In this document: one piece after another, positions 50,405-63,000 of the stretch
Layout: each line of letters starts with the position of its first letter
Position numbering within the stretch: the stretch's first letter is position 1
Assembly: GCA_000934665.2 (NCBI GenBank)
Contig: KZ538486.1
Coordinates: forward strand, 62,001-126,000
DNA length: 64,000 nt
Direction: 5' to 3'
From: Catajapyx aquilonaris
Taxonomy: Eukaryota
Translations under genes and position numbers: made by a program
Notes under the pieces: generated by a model
Told to the model about the DNA's origin: nothing
What the model saw: only the letters and a program-made list of their open reading frames with translations
The model's database searches: none

Positions 50405-53400
50405 TTATAAACGTTTAATAAGCTTCTCTAGTTTTTTAATCCGACTTGATTCGTGTTCTGGGCTTCCGACTGCTACAGCTTGACTGGTGCTGACCCCAGA
50501 GCTGCTTATGGCAGAGTTGGCAGGGAGTTGAGATCGGAACAACTCAATCAGTTGGTTCTGTTCATTTCGTTTTAAACCCTACATGAAAAAATGGAAGGTA
50601 TATTAAAATGAGTTCATTAATTCAATATAGCCATCATATACCTTCATGTCAAGCACTTTCTGCAGCTCTGATGGATCTGATTCAGGCAGTAGCTTTGCAA
50701 ACTGGTCAACATATGTGCGTGGATCTTCCAAGGGAGCCATCACAACTTTGAGTATCATTTCTGCTTTTGTCATTCCTTTCACCACTATCTTTGTATAGCT
50801 GCCAAAAAAACACATCTGTCACTTTGTACAAAATCCAACTCTCCTCCATTCTCTCACCTGGCAGGTGCTTTCCTCAGCACTTGGGAGCCTAGTGATGGCA
50901 AATCCAGTAATACTGTCTTTAGCATGTGGGTGTCAAGGAGCAGCTGCTCTGCCCCTACTGTGCTAACAGGCTTGCACTTGTACACAGTCTGGATAAACTT
51001 GGGAATAAATGAGCTGCAAAACGAATATCAGAATGAGACGACACTAATTACCCTGTTTGTTACAGATTAAATTGCATACTTGACATTGGCCCCAGGCTGA
51101 ATACTCACCTGGCAAACTTAATGCAGAAATGTGTGAAATATTTCCTTGAAGATGCCAGGTAGTCCCTGATGATTGGTATGGTCTGCTTCAAGTGCGCAGT
51201 GATGGAGGAGACATAGGTACTCTGGTCCCCCACCGAGTCCACATTCTGCCACTGGATCTTAGACATAGCAGTGAGAGCAGGCTCACAAGCAGCTTCAAGA
51301 TCTTGCACCAGAAGCTGGGTACATGTCGAGATTACGCTGTGGAACACGTCTTGTTCTCCGCCCATGCTTATCCTGTCTGCCAAGGGAGGGTCCACTTTCT
51401 CTTTCAATTTTTCTTCCAACTGCTGAGTTGTTTCCAGGGAGTATTCAGCTGTTATTAGTATACTGGAAAAGAGGAAATAGTGAATGGGCCATGTTAACAT
51501 TTTGAAATTCATTCCATAGAATTAAACAGCACTCAGTCTCAATTAGTTATCAGGTCAAATGGTGATAGACAAGACCTACCTGCAAATTAGAAACTGCTCT
51601 TCTCTTGTAAACCTTGGTACTTCCCCTTCCTTCAGTAAGCTCTGAAAGTTTTGTATGAGCCCAGCAGTGGATAGATCACGCAAGTCACGGGTTAGACTCG
51701 TCACTGATGCCAGTGAGCTCGGAGCTGCCAGTCTGTCAAAGTACAATAAGTGAGATCCAGGCTTTCCTACTATGAGTTATATCTTACTTTGGAAGGTTGT
51801 TCTGTAGGACTTTCCCTGCATATTCCCTCAAATATTTCTGGAATGTGGTGGCCAAACTGTACATTGGTAGTCCGGTACTCAGCTGGGTACACTGGACCAT
51901 ACACTTTTTATAGAAAATGAATAGGTCAGCTGACGAGGATAGTACCACGCTGCCCTCTGCTTCAGGGTGGTGGCGGAGGCCATTCTGCCTGAAGTCTTGG
52001 ACAAACTTGTCAATCAACTCTGCCAGATTCCTGCATAAAAAGCAAACACATTCTTGGAATGAATAATAATCAATTCCACTACTAATCTTGAAAATTTCTC
52101 AACTTCATGGATGTGGTAGACAACTGTGCGACTCAGATTCAGCATCCCTTTCAATACGACAATCTTCTCTCTGCATAAGTGAAGGTTTGACAAATAAATC
52201 TCGGAAGCGATGCTTACTTATCCTGACTCTCGATGTATATGTGCAAGTGTGGCTCAAAACACTTGCTGACAATTCCATGGAATGGCGAGGTCTTTGGCTT
52301 CATGTTGACTTCCTCCCCCTCCTCCTCTTTCAAATCCTGAGCTTCACCTCTGAGGTCCTCTTCAAATGGATTGGTTGATTCTGACTCGGGTTCCTCAAAT
52401 GGATTGGAACCATGCTGCTGTATAACCTGGATCAATAATTAGTAATTGAGGTTAGGTCGCTCCCAATTCTTGCCTTGAAATGCTGAACTGACCACTGGCT
52501 TGCTGGCTCTTCTGCTAGGAGCCCTTCCCACATCACTTGATCCTTCAGCCAGTGTAACACCAGTAAATCTCCTGCTCAGCAGTGTTTCAAAGTTGGTGGT
52601 TCTTTGTATGGCAAAAAGCAGTAGTTTCACATCTATCTCATCTTTCCTCCTGGCCATGATTCGCGTTAAATCAGATGCAGTGACTTCGCAAAACTCCACC
52701 GCTATCCTTTCACTGACTTCCCAATCAGGTGGAAACATCCTTCCCAGTTTCTCTTCAAACTCAATCAAGTGACGCTTTAGCCAAGTGTAGCGGCGGTCAA
52801 TCTTGTCAAGCCAGGCACAATCTTCATTCTCATTGAACAGGTGCTTGTATTCTGCCAGCTGGAGGCCTATGAACCATTTCAGCAAGTCACGCCTGCCAGA
52901 AAAAAAGCATGATGTGACACTCACTGGACAAGCACATTTAGACAGTACATATTGAAAAATGAAATACCTACTTGACTTTAGGCTCCAGTTCAGACACCAC
53001 AAGACAGGCCTCAGCCATTGACTTGGTAGGAACAAAGTGCTTTGAATTGGGCCCTGTCAGTGCATCATGAAAATCAGCTGTGATCTGCTGACCAAGGTCA
53101 CTTCGTATCTGCTGGACCTGGTCAGAGAGCTGCCGGATCTGTGGGATGGCCAGATAATTCTTGAAGTGGTCTAGGACATTCATTACTCCCTGGAGCAAAG
53201 TAGCTGCTTGCCCATATTGCCTGTGTTTTGTATGTGACCTAGGAAAAATTCACATTGCATAAGTTTTCAAATTCAATAAGTACATGAAGAAACCATGGGC
53301 TCATTGGATGGAAACAAACAAGGCCTGCCCGCTTACTGAAGAGTGTCGACACCTCCAACCAACATATGAAGGTGGTTAAGAGTGGTAATGGCAGTGGTGA

Positions 53401-53997
53401 GGTTCCGCTTGGCGCAATCAAGCTGCTTGATGTCCCTGGTGATCTCCCTAACCATCTGTTCCGACTGCTCCGCCTTCACCTTTATATCCTGGATGCGTGA
53501 AAACAGCTGGATTATGGCAGCCTGAGCTTCCTCCAGAGCTGCCCTTCCATCCTTCCCGGCATGTGTCTGCCCCCGCACAACAGTCCGTATCTCATCATCA
53601 ATGGAATGGATCTTGGAACGCATGCTGTTGATAACCTCATCGATATTGGACAGGGACTGCTCCGTGGGGAACAGCGAGTTGATGTAATCCACCGAGTTGA
53701 AGTCAGGGTGGTCCAGCGGATCATCACTCGGCAGTACCTAACAAAATCATCAGCATTACAAGCGAACAGTTGTCTTCATCATTGCCCAACATCAAGAGCT
53801 ATGCCAACATGTATTATTTTTTGTACTGTGTTCTCGCTTTATTCCTTTCGAATTCATTCTCCACTGTCAACAAATGATGCCCTACATGTCGGCCAGTCTC
53901 TCACCTGCTCAATCGCGCTCTGCACTTCGGGCGGGAAGGATATGAGCGCGGTCAAGTTGTCATCGAACAAGTCGTCATCCTCCCTCAGCGCCGCCAT
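50405..53997 (-). CDS. VPS53: GARP/EARP complex subunit VPS53 (multi-exon)
   Basis: [89 protein letters not shown]-terminus KLEKLIKRL*. Confidence 0.96.
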
Positions 53998-54284
53998 CTT
54001 TCATCTGACGTCACAGAACATCACTGAATAGAGTGGTGCAGAAAATATATTTAAAAAATTGCTCCAGACATTATTTTTAAAAAACTAAAACGGAATTTAA
54101 CTATCTTTTCCATCTGAGCATGTAATGCACCACTTGCACACACGTCATGTGAAATAGAGGCTCGTCTGCAGGCTGTACCCTAATCCACTCTAACAGCGTG
54201 TGTCGATGCCTAGCTGGATGATGGAGCTGTGAGTTCAGAACAGGAATAGAAAAGAGGTTGTTGTTGTTCCTTCCCCAGTTCAGA

Positions 54285-55356
54285 ATGTCGATAAAGGAGG
54301 ACCTGAAGAAGCTGATCCACCCGTACTACCTGATCAACCTGGCCCTTGGGTTCTCCTTCCTGTTCCTCAAGACATGCAGGCCCTTCTGCGCCTACGTCTT
54401 CCCCCATTCCGAGTGCCAGTTGGACTCGGTGAGTTTGGGGTTGCCTCTTTTGGCTGTTCGTGGTTTGGAATTAATGTGGGGCTGCATTTCAGCGTGAGAG
54501 CGAGATCCTCTTCTTCCTGCTGGTGGTGGTCATGATCCGCTCCAGGAAGACCGGGAGCATGGCCATGCTCAGCTACATCTCCTCCAGCTTCATCTACTGT
54601 AAGGTAGCCAATGCCATCCTCTGGTTCTACACCGACTTCAGGGCAGGATTGGCCTACTTGGTGCTTTTCACCTGTGAGTTCTCAGGCACATGTAACTCAT
54701 CGCCAATGGCGCAAATTTTATACATGTACCCATCACTAACTTCCAGTACAAGGGCTAATGTTTCCGGAACCTGTGATGGAAGGCCCTGACCAAGTTGTCT
54801 ACTTCCGAGGCCCTGGTCTGGAGGAAGAAATCCTGAGAGACAAGAAAATCACATGGATTGTGGCCTTCTACACAGCATGGAGCCCTTCATCAGTCAATTT
54901 CGCCCCTATATTTTCCCAGCTCAGTTGCGAGTATGGTCCGCTGCGTTGACGGTTGTGATCAGTCACTCACCGGCACATCTGCTCTCTTGTTAGGTATACC
55001 CTGCCAAACCTCAAGTGGGGAAAGATAGATGTTGGTCGCTACCCAGACGTGGCCAAGAGGTATTACGTAAGCGACGCATCACTCAGCAGACAGTTGCCTA
55101 CGATCATCCTCTTCCAGCAGGGCAGGGAGATTACTCGGAGGCCATACATTGATGATAAGGGAAAGATACAGAAGTTCTTTTTCACTGAGGTAAGCACATT
55201 TTTACATTCCCCTCTGGATACATCAATCTAATTATGACTTTGTTACTGAAGGATAATGTGAAGGCAGGCCTAGATCTGAACAACTTGTATGCAGAATGCA
55301 AGAGCAAATGCAAGGCACCGGTCACACAAAATGCAGCACATTCAAAGGAGGAGTGA
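54285..55356 (+). CDS. TMX2: Thioredoxin-related transmembrane protein 2 (multi-exon)
   Basis: MSIKEDLKKLIHPYYLINL, RESEILFFL, CKVANAILWF, WIVAFYTAWSP..NFAPIF, KIDVGRYPD, RQLPTIILFQQG; di-lysine-like ER tail ending SKEE*. Confidence 0.92.
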
Positions 55357-55503
55357 AAGTCATTCATGTAGTGCTGTAGACAGATGTGAAGTCTTGTTTG
55401 TCACTTATTATGTAAATGAAAAGTCAGCAATGGTAAGTCATAGCCATTGTAGCGACTAATTTTACTTTGCAATAAAACAGATATAAGGCACAATCATTTA
55501 AAT

Positions 55504-58500
55504 TTACAATGGTGGCCACGACAGTGAAGCTTCATTGTGAATTGCTTCGGGTAGCCATTGCAAGTATGCTGAGAGGAGATCTGAAAGAGACAAAGAATTA
55601 GATGCAAGTTGCTATTTTTCTCCATGATTACTTACACTGAGGATCTTTCTCCCATTCTTTCCTGAGAGCCTCACTGGTTCTGATGCCTTGATTCATCAGA
55701 GATTTTAGAAGGATTTCTGTCCTCTGTTGCAATCTATAGTTAATGGTCCATAAGTAAGAGTGTTAGTGTAACTTGAACAAGGGGTCAGACAACAACAGGA
55801 AGAATGTGTCTGCTAATGGAAAATAGCACCACTCTGATGTATTAGTACTTACTTGGCCCAGGAGCGGATCATAGTGACAGGCACAGCCAACAACAATTCT
55901 TTATACTTGGCCAGCTTTGGAATCACACTCCCCTCAAGCAGGAAGCAGGCAAACCAACGATACGCCTCAGGGCCCTCAGGAAACTCCACCTTAACAGGGT
56001 TTGGCAACTGCCATGCGGCACGTCCATATGTGACGTTGACAAGACAAACAACGTGACCAGCCTGAGCATCATACTGTGGAGGTGGATTTTCCAAAGGTGG
56101 TGACATCTGGCACAGGCTGGGTGCAAAGATGGGAAGCCATTCAGGTTCGATAGCTGTCACCCCCCTCATGTACATCTTCTTGGTCTCATAGACTTCTTGG
56201 TAGACAACCCAGTCTGGTGGATTTGCCTTCAACACTGACGTGTAGTGAAGAAAAACAGGTTCTTCCAACTCAGAACATCTGTATGCGTGCTTCCATTTGA
56301 GCTTGTCCTCCCCTGATTTCAGTTCATCAGGAGAAACTCGCATTGCAACTTGGTCAGGCAAACCAGCTAGAAGAAGCTGGCGCAAGAGCTTCGATTGGAG
56401 ATCAGTTGGGGGCGGCATCTTGGGATCCACGCACAGGTTAAGGTGTGGAATAACAAGATTAGCCTCGTTGGTCAGCTGCACCCGGAGCTTTCGTATCTCC
56501 ACCATGGCCTTGTACCGGAGCCCATTTGCTTCACAGAATTCTGGACAGTATGACATGTACTCTGCAGCACCAACCGCTCTCAAGAGTACCATGGGGTCCC
56601 CTGGAAAATTAAAACAAACCAGTTAATATACTGAATAACATTGACCTTTATGTCTGTGTCTCCTGCAACATTAGCACATGAAATGCTTACCCAGCAAGAG
56701 TGAATTTCCTTTCCCAGCCCATGCTCTCCTGGTCTGTGCCCACTTTGCCCTCAAGCCCTTCCTTGACTGAGTCTCAGTCCCAACTGGAGCTTCAACCAAA
56801 ACTTCAGGCACAGACAGTGCAGCCACCATGCACACTGTCAATGGAAGCAGGTCATATTGGTGTGCAAGTGCCAGCATCTTTCCAAACCTGGGTGCCACTG
56901 GAAAGGCAGCCATCACCTGCCCTAGGGGAGTCACACGAGATGCCCATGCTTTACGTTTGGTATCCCTGAACCTGCGAGTCTTTCCTGGTTGCTCCAGTGC
57001 CCCTAACAACATGAGCTTCTTCTCAGCCGCCTGGAGTTGAGCTGTGTCAGGAGGCGATGGAAATGGAAAGTTCACAACGCGGTCTATGTGCATTGACTTC
57101 ATCTGAAGCATTAGATCATCTAGCGGCCTGCGCACCATTTCAGGCTCAGCAAACTTGGGAAACTCATCATTAAACACAGCAGATGAATACAAGCGGTAGC
57201 AGTGGCCTGGACCAGTTCGCCCAGCCCTGCCAGCCCTCTGATTGGCGGAAGCTTTTGAAGTCCATGTCACCTGGAACACTGACACACCCGTCACCTTGTC
57301 ATAGAACTTGGTTTTGACCCTACCACAGTCAACCACATATTTTACATTGGGTATTGTCAGAGATGTTTCTGCCACGTTGGTGGCTACAACACAGAGTCTT
57401 GAGCCATCTGGTGGTGGCCGAAAAACTTTCTGCTGCTTGTTTGATGGAAGCAAGGAGTACAGAGGTAGAACCCACATGGGCTGTGATAAACCTCCAGCAC
57501 GTAACATATCGTCGTCGTCATCATCAGAATCAATAACTCCTTCAACCTGTTCAGTGTCAACTAAGTCAGCTTCAGCATCATCTTGTGGTAGCAGTGAATA
57601 ATCATCCAAATTAACCTCTGGAAGTCTGACCTCTCCTTTTGACGGCAGCTTCTTTTTCTTACGTACGTTTTGCATGGCCTCAAGTGCACGTTCCATCTCC
57701 AGTTCAACTTCGTTTCCGTCATAATCTGACTCTTCATCATTCTTGGTGATCTCTGATTTTTTGTCCTTCGTGTAATGGAATGGGAATGTCTTGCGCAGCT
57801 TTTTAACCAAATAGTTGACCTCCTGCTGACCTGTCAGAAACACAAGTACCCCTCCATCTGGCAATTGTCGGTGGATTTTGCATACCTTCTTGTAAGCCTC
57901 ATCAGCATAATTATCTATTGGAGTGTGCTTATTGAAATGGATTGTGACTGGAAACTGTCTCGATTCAACAGTGATCACTGGAGGGGTGGCCTTGAACAAA
58001 TGCCTGTTCTCGGTGAAGTCCTCAACTCTGAGTGTGGCCGACATTATCACCAATTTGAGAGGGTCACCCATTTTCTTCCTCAATGGAACCACACGAGAGA
58101 GGAGGCCCACTAAAATGTCAGTGTATACGCTACGCTCATGTGCTTCATCAATAATGATTACGCTGTATTTTTGTAGCAGGAAGTTCTTCTGCATTTCCCT
58201 CAGAAGGACACCATCAGTCATGAACTTTATCCGTGTCTTGTCTGTAGTGTCACCTTCAAACCTTATCTGGTACGAAACTTCTCCGTCTAGGCCCATCTCA
58301 TATGACACTCGGTGGGACATTGACACAGCTGCAACCCTGCGTGGCTCAGTGATGCCAATGCGCCTCCCATCAAGTGCAAAACCAGCTTCATACAAGAACT
58401 GGGGTACTTGGGTAGTCTTCCCACTGCCAGTCTCACCAGCCAGGATGACCACGGGGCTTTCTCTGATTGCTTCCATGATTCGTTGCTCCTCTGCCAAGAT

Positions 58501-59640
58501 GGGCAGTTTCAGACGGGATTCCTGAATTGATGACTGGCGATGGACTGTAACAAACACAGCAGGTTTGCATGGAGGTTTAGGCTTTTCAGGTGTTTTGGGG
58601 GCTTCAGAGGCAATGGTGGCCACTTGAGTTTCAGGTGCAGTTTCAGGTTCCTTCGGAATTGGAGCTTCTTCCATTGGTTCAGGAATATCCAAGGGCAATT
58701 TTTGGACATCTGGATCATCAGATTCATCAGATTCATCCGAGTCACTTGAATCCTGCATATTTGAAAATGTGTTACTCAAGTGTTCTGCAAAATTCACCCA
58801 TAATAATTAGCCAAAAGCAGTGTAAATTTCTTACAGCCAAGAAATAATTGCTATGTCAAAAACATTAACCAAGTGTGCATTTGAAGTGAGTGTGATTGAC
58901 AGGCCAGAAGAACAGGGTGATACTTCACTACACAGTAAGCTTAGAGAAGGTGCATTATTACCTCAAATCCTACAATGGATGCGTCAGTTGCTTTCCCTGC
59001 TTTTTGTTCAGTTTCCTCCCACTGATCAACTCCTTTCCGTCTCTTATGGGCCCCTGCAGTGCTGCTAATCTTTCTCTTAGATGTACGGCTCAAATCCTGG
59101 ATTGGATTAAATTCAGCATCTTTGTATTCCGCCAAAACCTTTCGCCTTCCCTTGGTCTGAACATCAGCAATGGTAGTGTACAGAGCCAACTCCTCTGGTT
59201 TCGCTTGAACTTCAGACAGTGCCTGCAGTAGCTGGACTCTCTGAAATTTCAAAATAAGCCAATGGTTACCACCGAGTCACACTACACGTCCACAAGACAA
59301 GCACCTTTTCTTTCTTCTTCTTCCGCTCCACGACTTTTTCCAGCAACTTGCGCTTCTTTTTTGAAAGCACCCGTCCTGTGCTTTGCGCCAGGGCCTTCTT
59401 CTTTGTGCTCCGCTTATCCGAGGGCAGCACCAAGGCATTGCTCGCATCATACTGCTTCCGCCCCACATCCAGCTCAAGCTTGATCTGAAACCATGAACCA
59501 CAAGCATTACATCCTCTGCAGATATCTCATTTCAACCTCAGTCGACCTGACCAACTGACCTGCTTGGTAGGGGTGTCGTCCACCTGCGTGGGCACGACCT
59601 GGCGGGCCTTCCAGTTGAACCTTTTTCGCAGCCGACCCAT
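55504..59640 (-). CDS. DHX37: DEAH-box RNA helicase DHX37 (kurz/Dhr1)
   Basis: Starts MGRLRKRFNWKARQ; YDASNALVLP; GETGSGKTTQVPQFLYEAG; DEAH; SATLR; QRAGRAGRTGPGHCYRLYS; ~2-kb central exon. Confidence 0.96.
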
Positions 59641-60095
59641 GTCTCACTGCTCCACTGGCTGAAGCCTGAAGGGCTGAAGAGTGGGCTGAAGCGGTCTGAA
59701 GCAACACGCCTGGAAAAACGTGGGCCAACCTCACCTGCGCTTTCGGACGCAACCGCCACTGGGATAGAATTATTTGGATGCAACCCGTGATGTTCTCCAG
59801 GAGTTTCCTGCTCAATTTAAACAACTGTTAATATTATTTACTAGTGCATAATACAGATCTAATTTTTTGATTGAATTTAAAATGGGTCATTAAATTATTG
59901 GCTCACATGATGGCAAATTGTCTGAATCCGTGACGTCATCCGCATGTCCAACATGGCCGACTGATGAGCACGTTTCACACTTTCCTTCAGTACCTTCAGC
60001 AAGTTGTGCCAGTTGTGCATGGTAATTACTCCTGTTTGTAAGAGATGTACATTGTTACATACCAGGCCTTTTCTCGCCTCAGAAGACTGTGAGGG

Positions 60096-63000
60096 ATGGA
60101 TTCGTACGACATATTCCGCAAGCTGACTGCTGGAGTTCGTTTCAACACGACCAAGTTCTACAATGATGCGCAGAGGTTTCAGATGGTCAAGTCCAAGCCT
60201 GTGGTCGGGCCTGTCTTTCCCGTTATTAAGGATGAGCCGAAGGACGAGAAGCCCGGTAGGAAGAAGAAGGAGAAGACAAGGGAGCAGCTCATACAGCAGC
60301 ATAAGGAAAAGGTGCGAGGATCAGCTTCTTTTTATCCGCCTCAAGCAGTGTACATGTTATGGAAATGTGTTGAAAGAGGGAACCAATTCACAGAGCTACT
60401 TCAGAATTTTTCACTCTGAAAAGTGAACTGACAAAAACTACACGTTATTCCTGTACAGTACATGCACCACCATGATAATTTCACAACATTACTTTCTTTC
60501 ACAGATATCTCACTTTCGCCGCTCTAACAGAATCACAGTTGATGGAAGCGACTTACCCAACCCGGTTGAATCATTTTCTCAATTAGCCGAATGCCATGGA
60601 ATGTCACAGCAACTGCTAAAAAACATTCTGAGTGCTGGCTATGACGCACCAACACCAATCCAAATGCAGGCGATTCCAGTGATGCTGGATGTATGTTTTG
60701 CTGGCCAATTACTGATCCTATATCAATGTCGCAGTATTCACGTGACGTTTATTGATATTTCAGAGGCGTGAAATCCTGGCCTGTGCGCCTACTGGTTCAG
60801 GAAAGACAGCAGCATTTTTGCTTCCATTGTTGCATCAGTTGAAAGGACCACAGAAGAAGGGATTTAGAGCAGTCATTGTTGCTCCAACAAGGGAATTGGC
60901 CAAACAGATACTGAGGTAAGTTGAAATTTTTTCTATTGTGAAAATTAAGTTATAACTGCTTGTCCATCTTGTAGAGAATGCGAACGTCTGGCAGAAGGAA
61001 CTGGATTGAGAGTTCATTACATTCGCAAAGCTGCGGGGGATTCTACTGGAGGGAAAAAGTTGAATGAAAAGAAATTTGGTGAGTAACCTTTTCATTGTGT
61101 CTGCTGTGTGCCATTTAGCTGATGCATTAATGTAACATTATGGTTGATTGGTAATGGTTGGTTAGTATGGCGAGTAATGAAACAGATTGGTTTCAACATA
61201 TGAGCAACTGCAGTGATGCAAAACCAATATTACACCACTTATGCAGGGTGGTCGGTAAATGGCGGACAAGCTTCAGGTAGCGAGATTCCTTGTGAAAAAT
61301 CAGTATATGGAAGTGAAGGTCATATTGCTCTACAAGGCCTGGTTAGGGCTCACGAGGTCCCCAAAGTTTGGGCCAAATCATGACGTCACATCCGCCCGCG
61401 AAATTCAAACACTGCCGTATCGCTTCTGTCTGCGGTGTGTTACCAGGCGTTGCCATGTTGACATCCCCCACATGATCACCAAACAATGGAACCGTTTAAA
61501 CTCGCCGGGACGTTGCCAGGAACTCGGCGACGACGGTATGGCAATGCCTGGCAACGTCCCGGTGAGTTTATACGGTTCCATTGTTTGGTGAACATGTGGG
61601 GGATGTCAACATGGCAACACCTAGCAACACACCGCATACGGTAGCGATACGGTAGTGTTTGAATTTCGCGGGCGGATATGATATCATGATTTGTCCCAAA
61701 CTTTGGGGACCTCGTGAGCCCTAACCAGGCCACGTAGAGCAATATGACCTTCACTTCCATATACTGATTTTTCACAAGCAATCTCGCTACCTGAAGCTTG
61801 TCCGCCATTTACCGACCACACTGTATTACTGACAAGAGGCAATCATTTTCAGAGCTGTTGTAAGCTTTTGATGAGACGTCTTATTTAGTCAGAAGTAAAG
61901 TACATTCTGAATTACTGCTGGCATGGAAAAGAGTGGCAAGGTTAACATAATACCTCAACTGGAAAGTGATCTTATTCTTATTTCAGACATTTTGGTGACT
62001 ACTCCTAATCGACTGGTTTTCCTTTTGAATCAAGAGCCAGCGGGAATAAGTCTTAAGAAGTATGTTTTCATTCTAATGCACATGGAACATATTGAACTTT
62101 TCTGCTGATTCCATTAATGGTGGCTTTTAATGCATTACAGTGTGGAATGGTTAGTAGTGGATGAATCAGATAAGCTCTTTGAAGCAGGACGCACTGGGTT
62201 CCGAGACCAGCTGGCGATAATTTACAAGGCATGTGACTCGGCTGGTGTGAGGAGGGCCATGTTCAGTGCAACCTTTGCACATGAAGTGGAACAGTGGTGT
62301 CGTATGGAGCTGAACAATGTGGTCATGGTTAACGTTGGTGCCAGAAATGCAGCTGCTGACCTGGTTCAGCAAGAACTTACATTTGTTGGAAATGAGTCTG
62401 GAAAACTTATTGCTTTTCGTGACTTGATTCGTAAGGGATTAGAACCTCCAGTGCTCGTGTTTGTCCAAAGCAAAGACCGAGCTAGGGAGCTCTTCAATGA
62501 ACTTATTTATGATGGGATTAATGTTGATGTCATCCATGCAGAGAGGACTCAACTGCAGGTAGACAGCTACGGTTGTAAAATATGACCCAATATGAGGAGA
62601 TAGTTGTATGGCCATAAAATTTTACATGCATTGTTTTTGCAGAGAGACAACACTGTGAGAAGCTTCCGACGTGGCCAAATTTGGGTCCTAATTTGCACTG
62701 AATTGATGGGTCGTGGCATGGACTTTAAGGGTGTTAATCTGGTAGTCAACTACGACTTTCCACCAACTGCTGTTAGCTACATTCATCGGATTGGACGTAC
62801 TGGCCGTGCTGGCCGTCCTGGAAAGGCTGTCACTTTTTTTACTGAAGATGATGTTATCTGTCTTCGCAGGTTAACCCCCATTTTAATATTTTCATTCAAT
62901 GTAAATTACAAGCTTATCTGCATGTGGGAACCAACCTGTACTGGATGGTCATTGGGTAGGAGAAATTATCATAACTGCCGGCAGGAATTTGGTGGTGGTA

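Noticed and set aside
61259..61808. Two mirror-image 110-aa ORFs (MADKLQVAR...)
   Set aside because: Produced by the palindromic element; no recognisable transposase or other domain.
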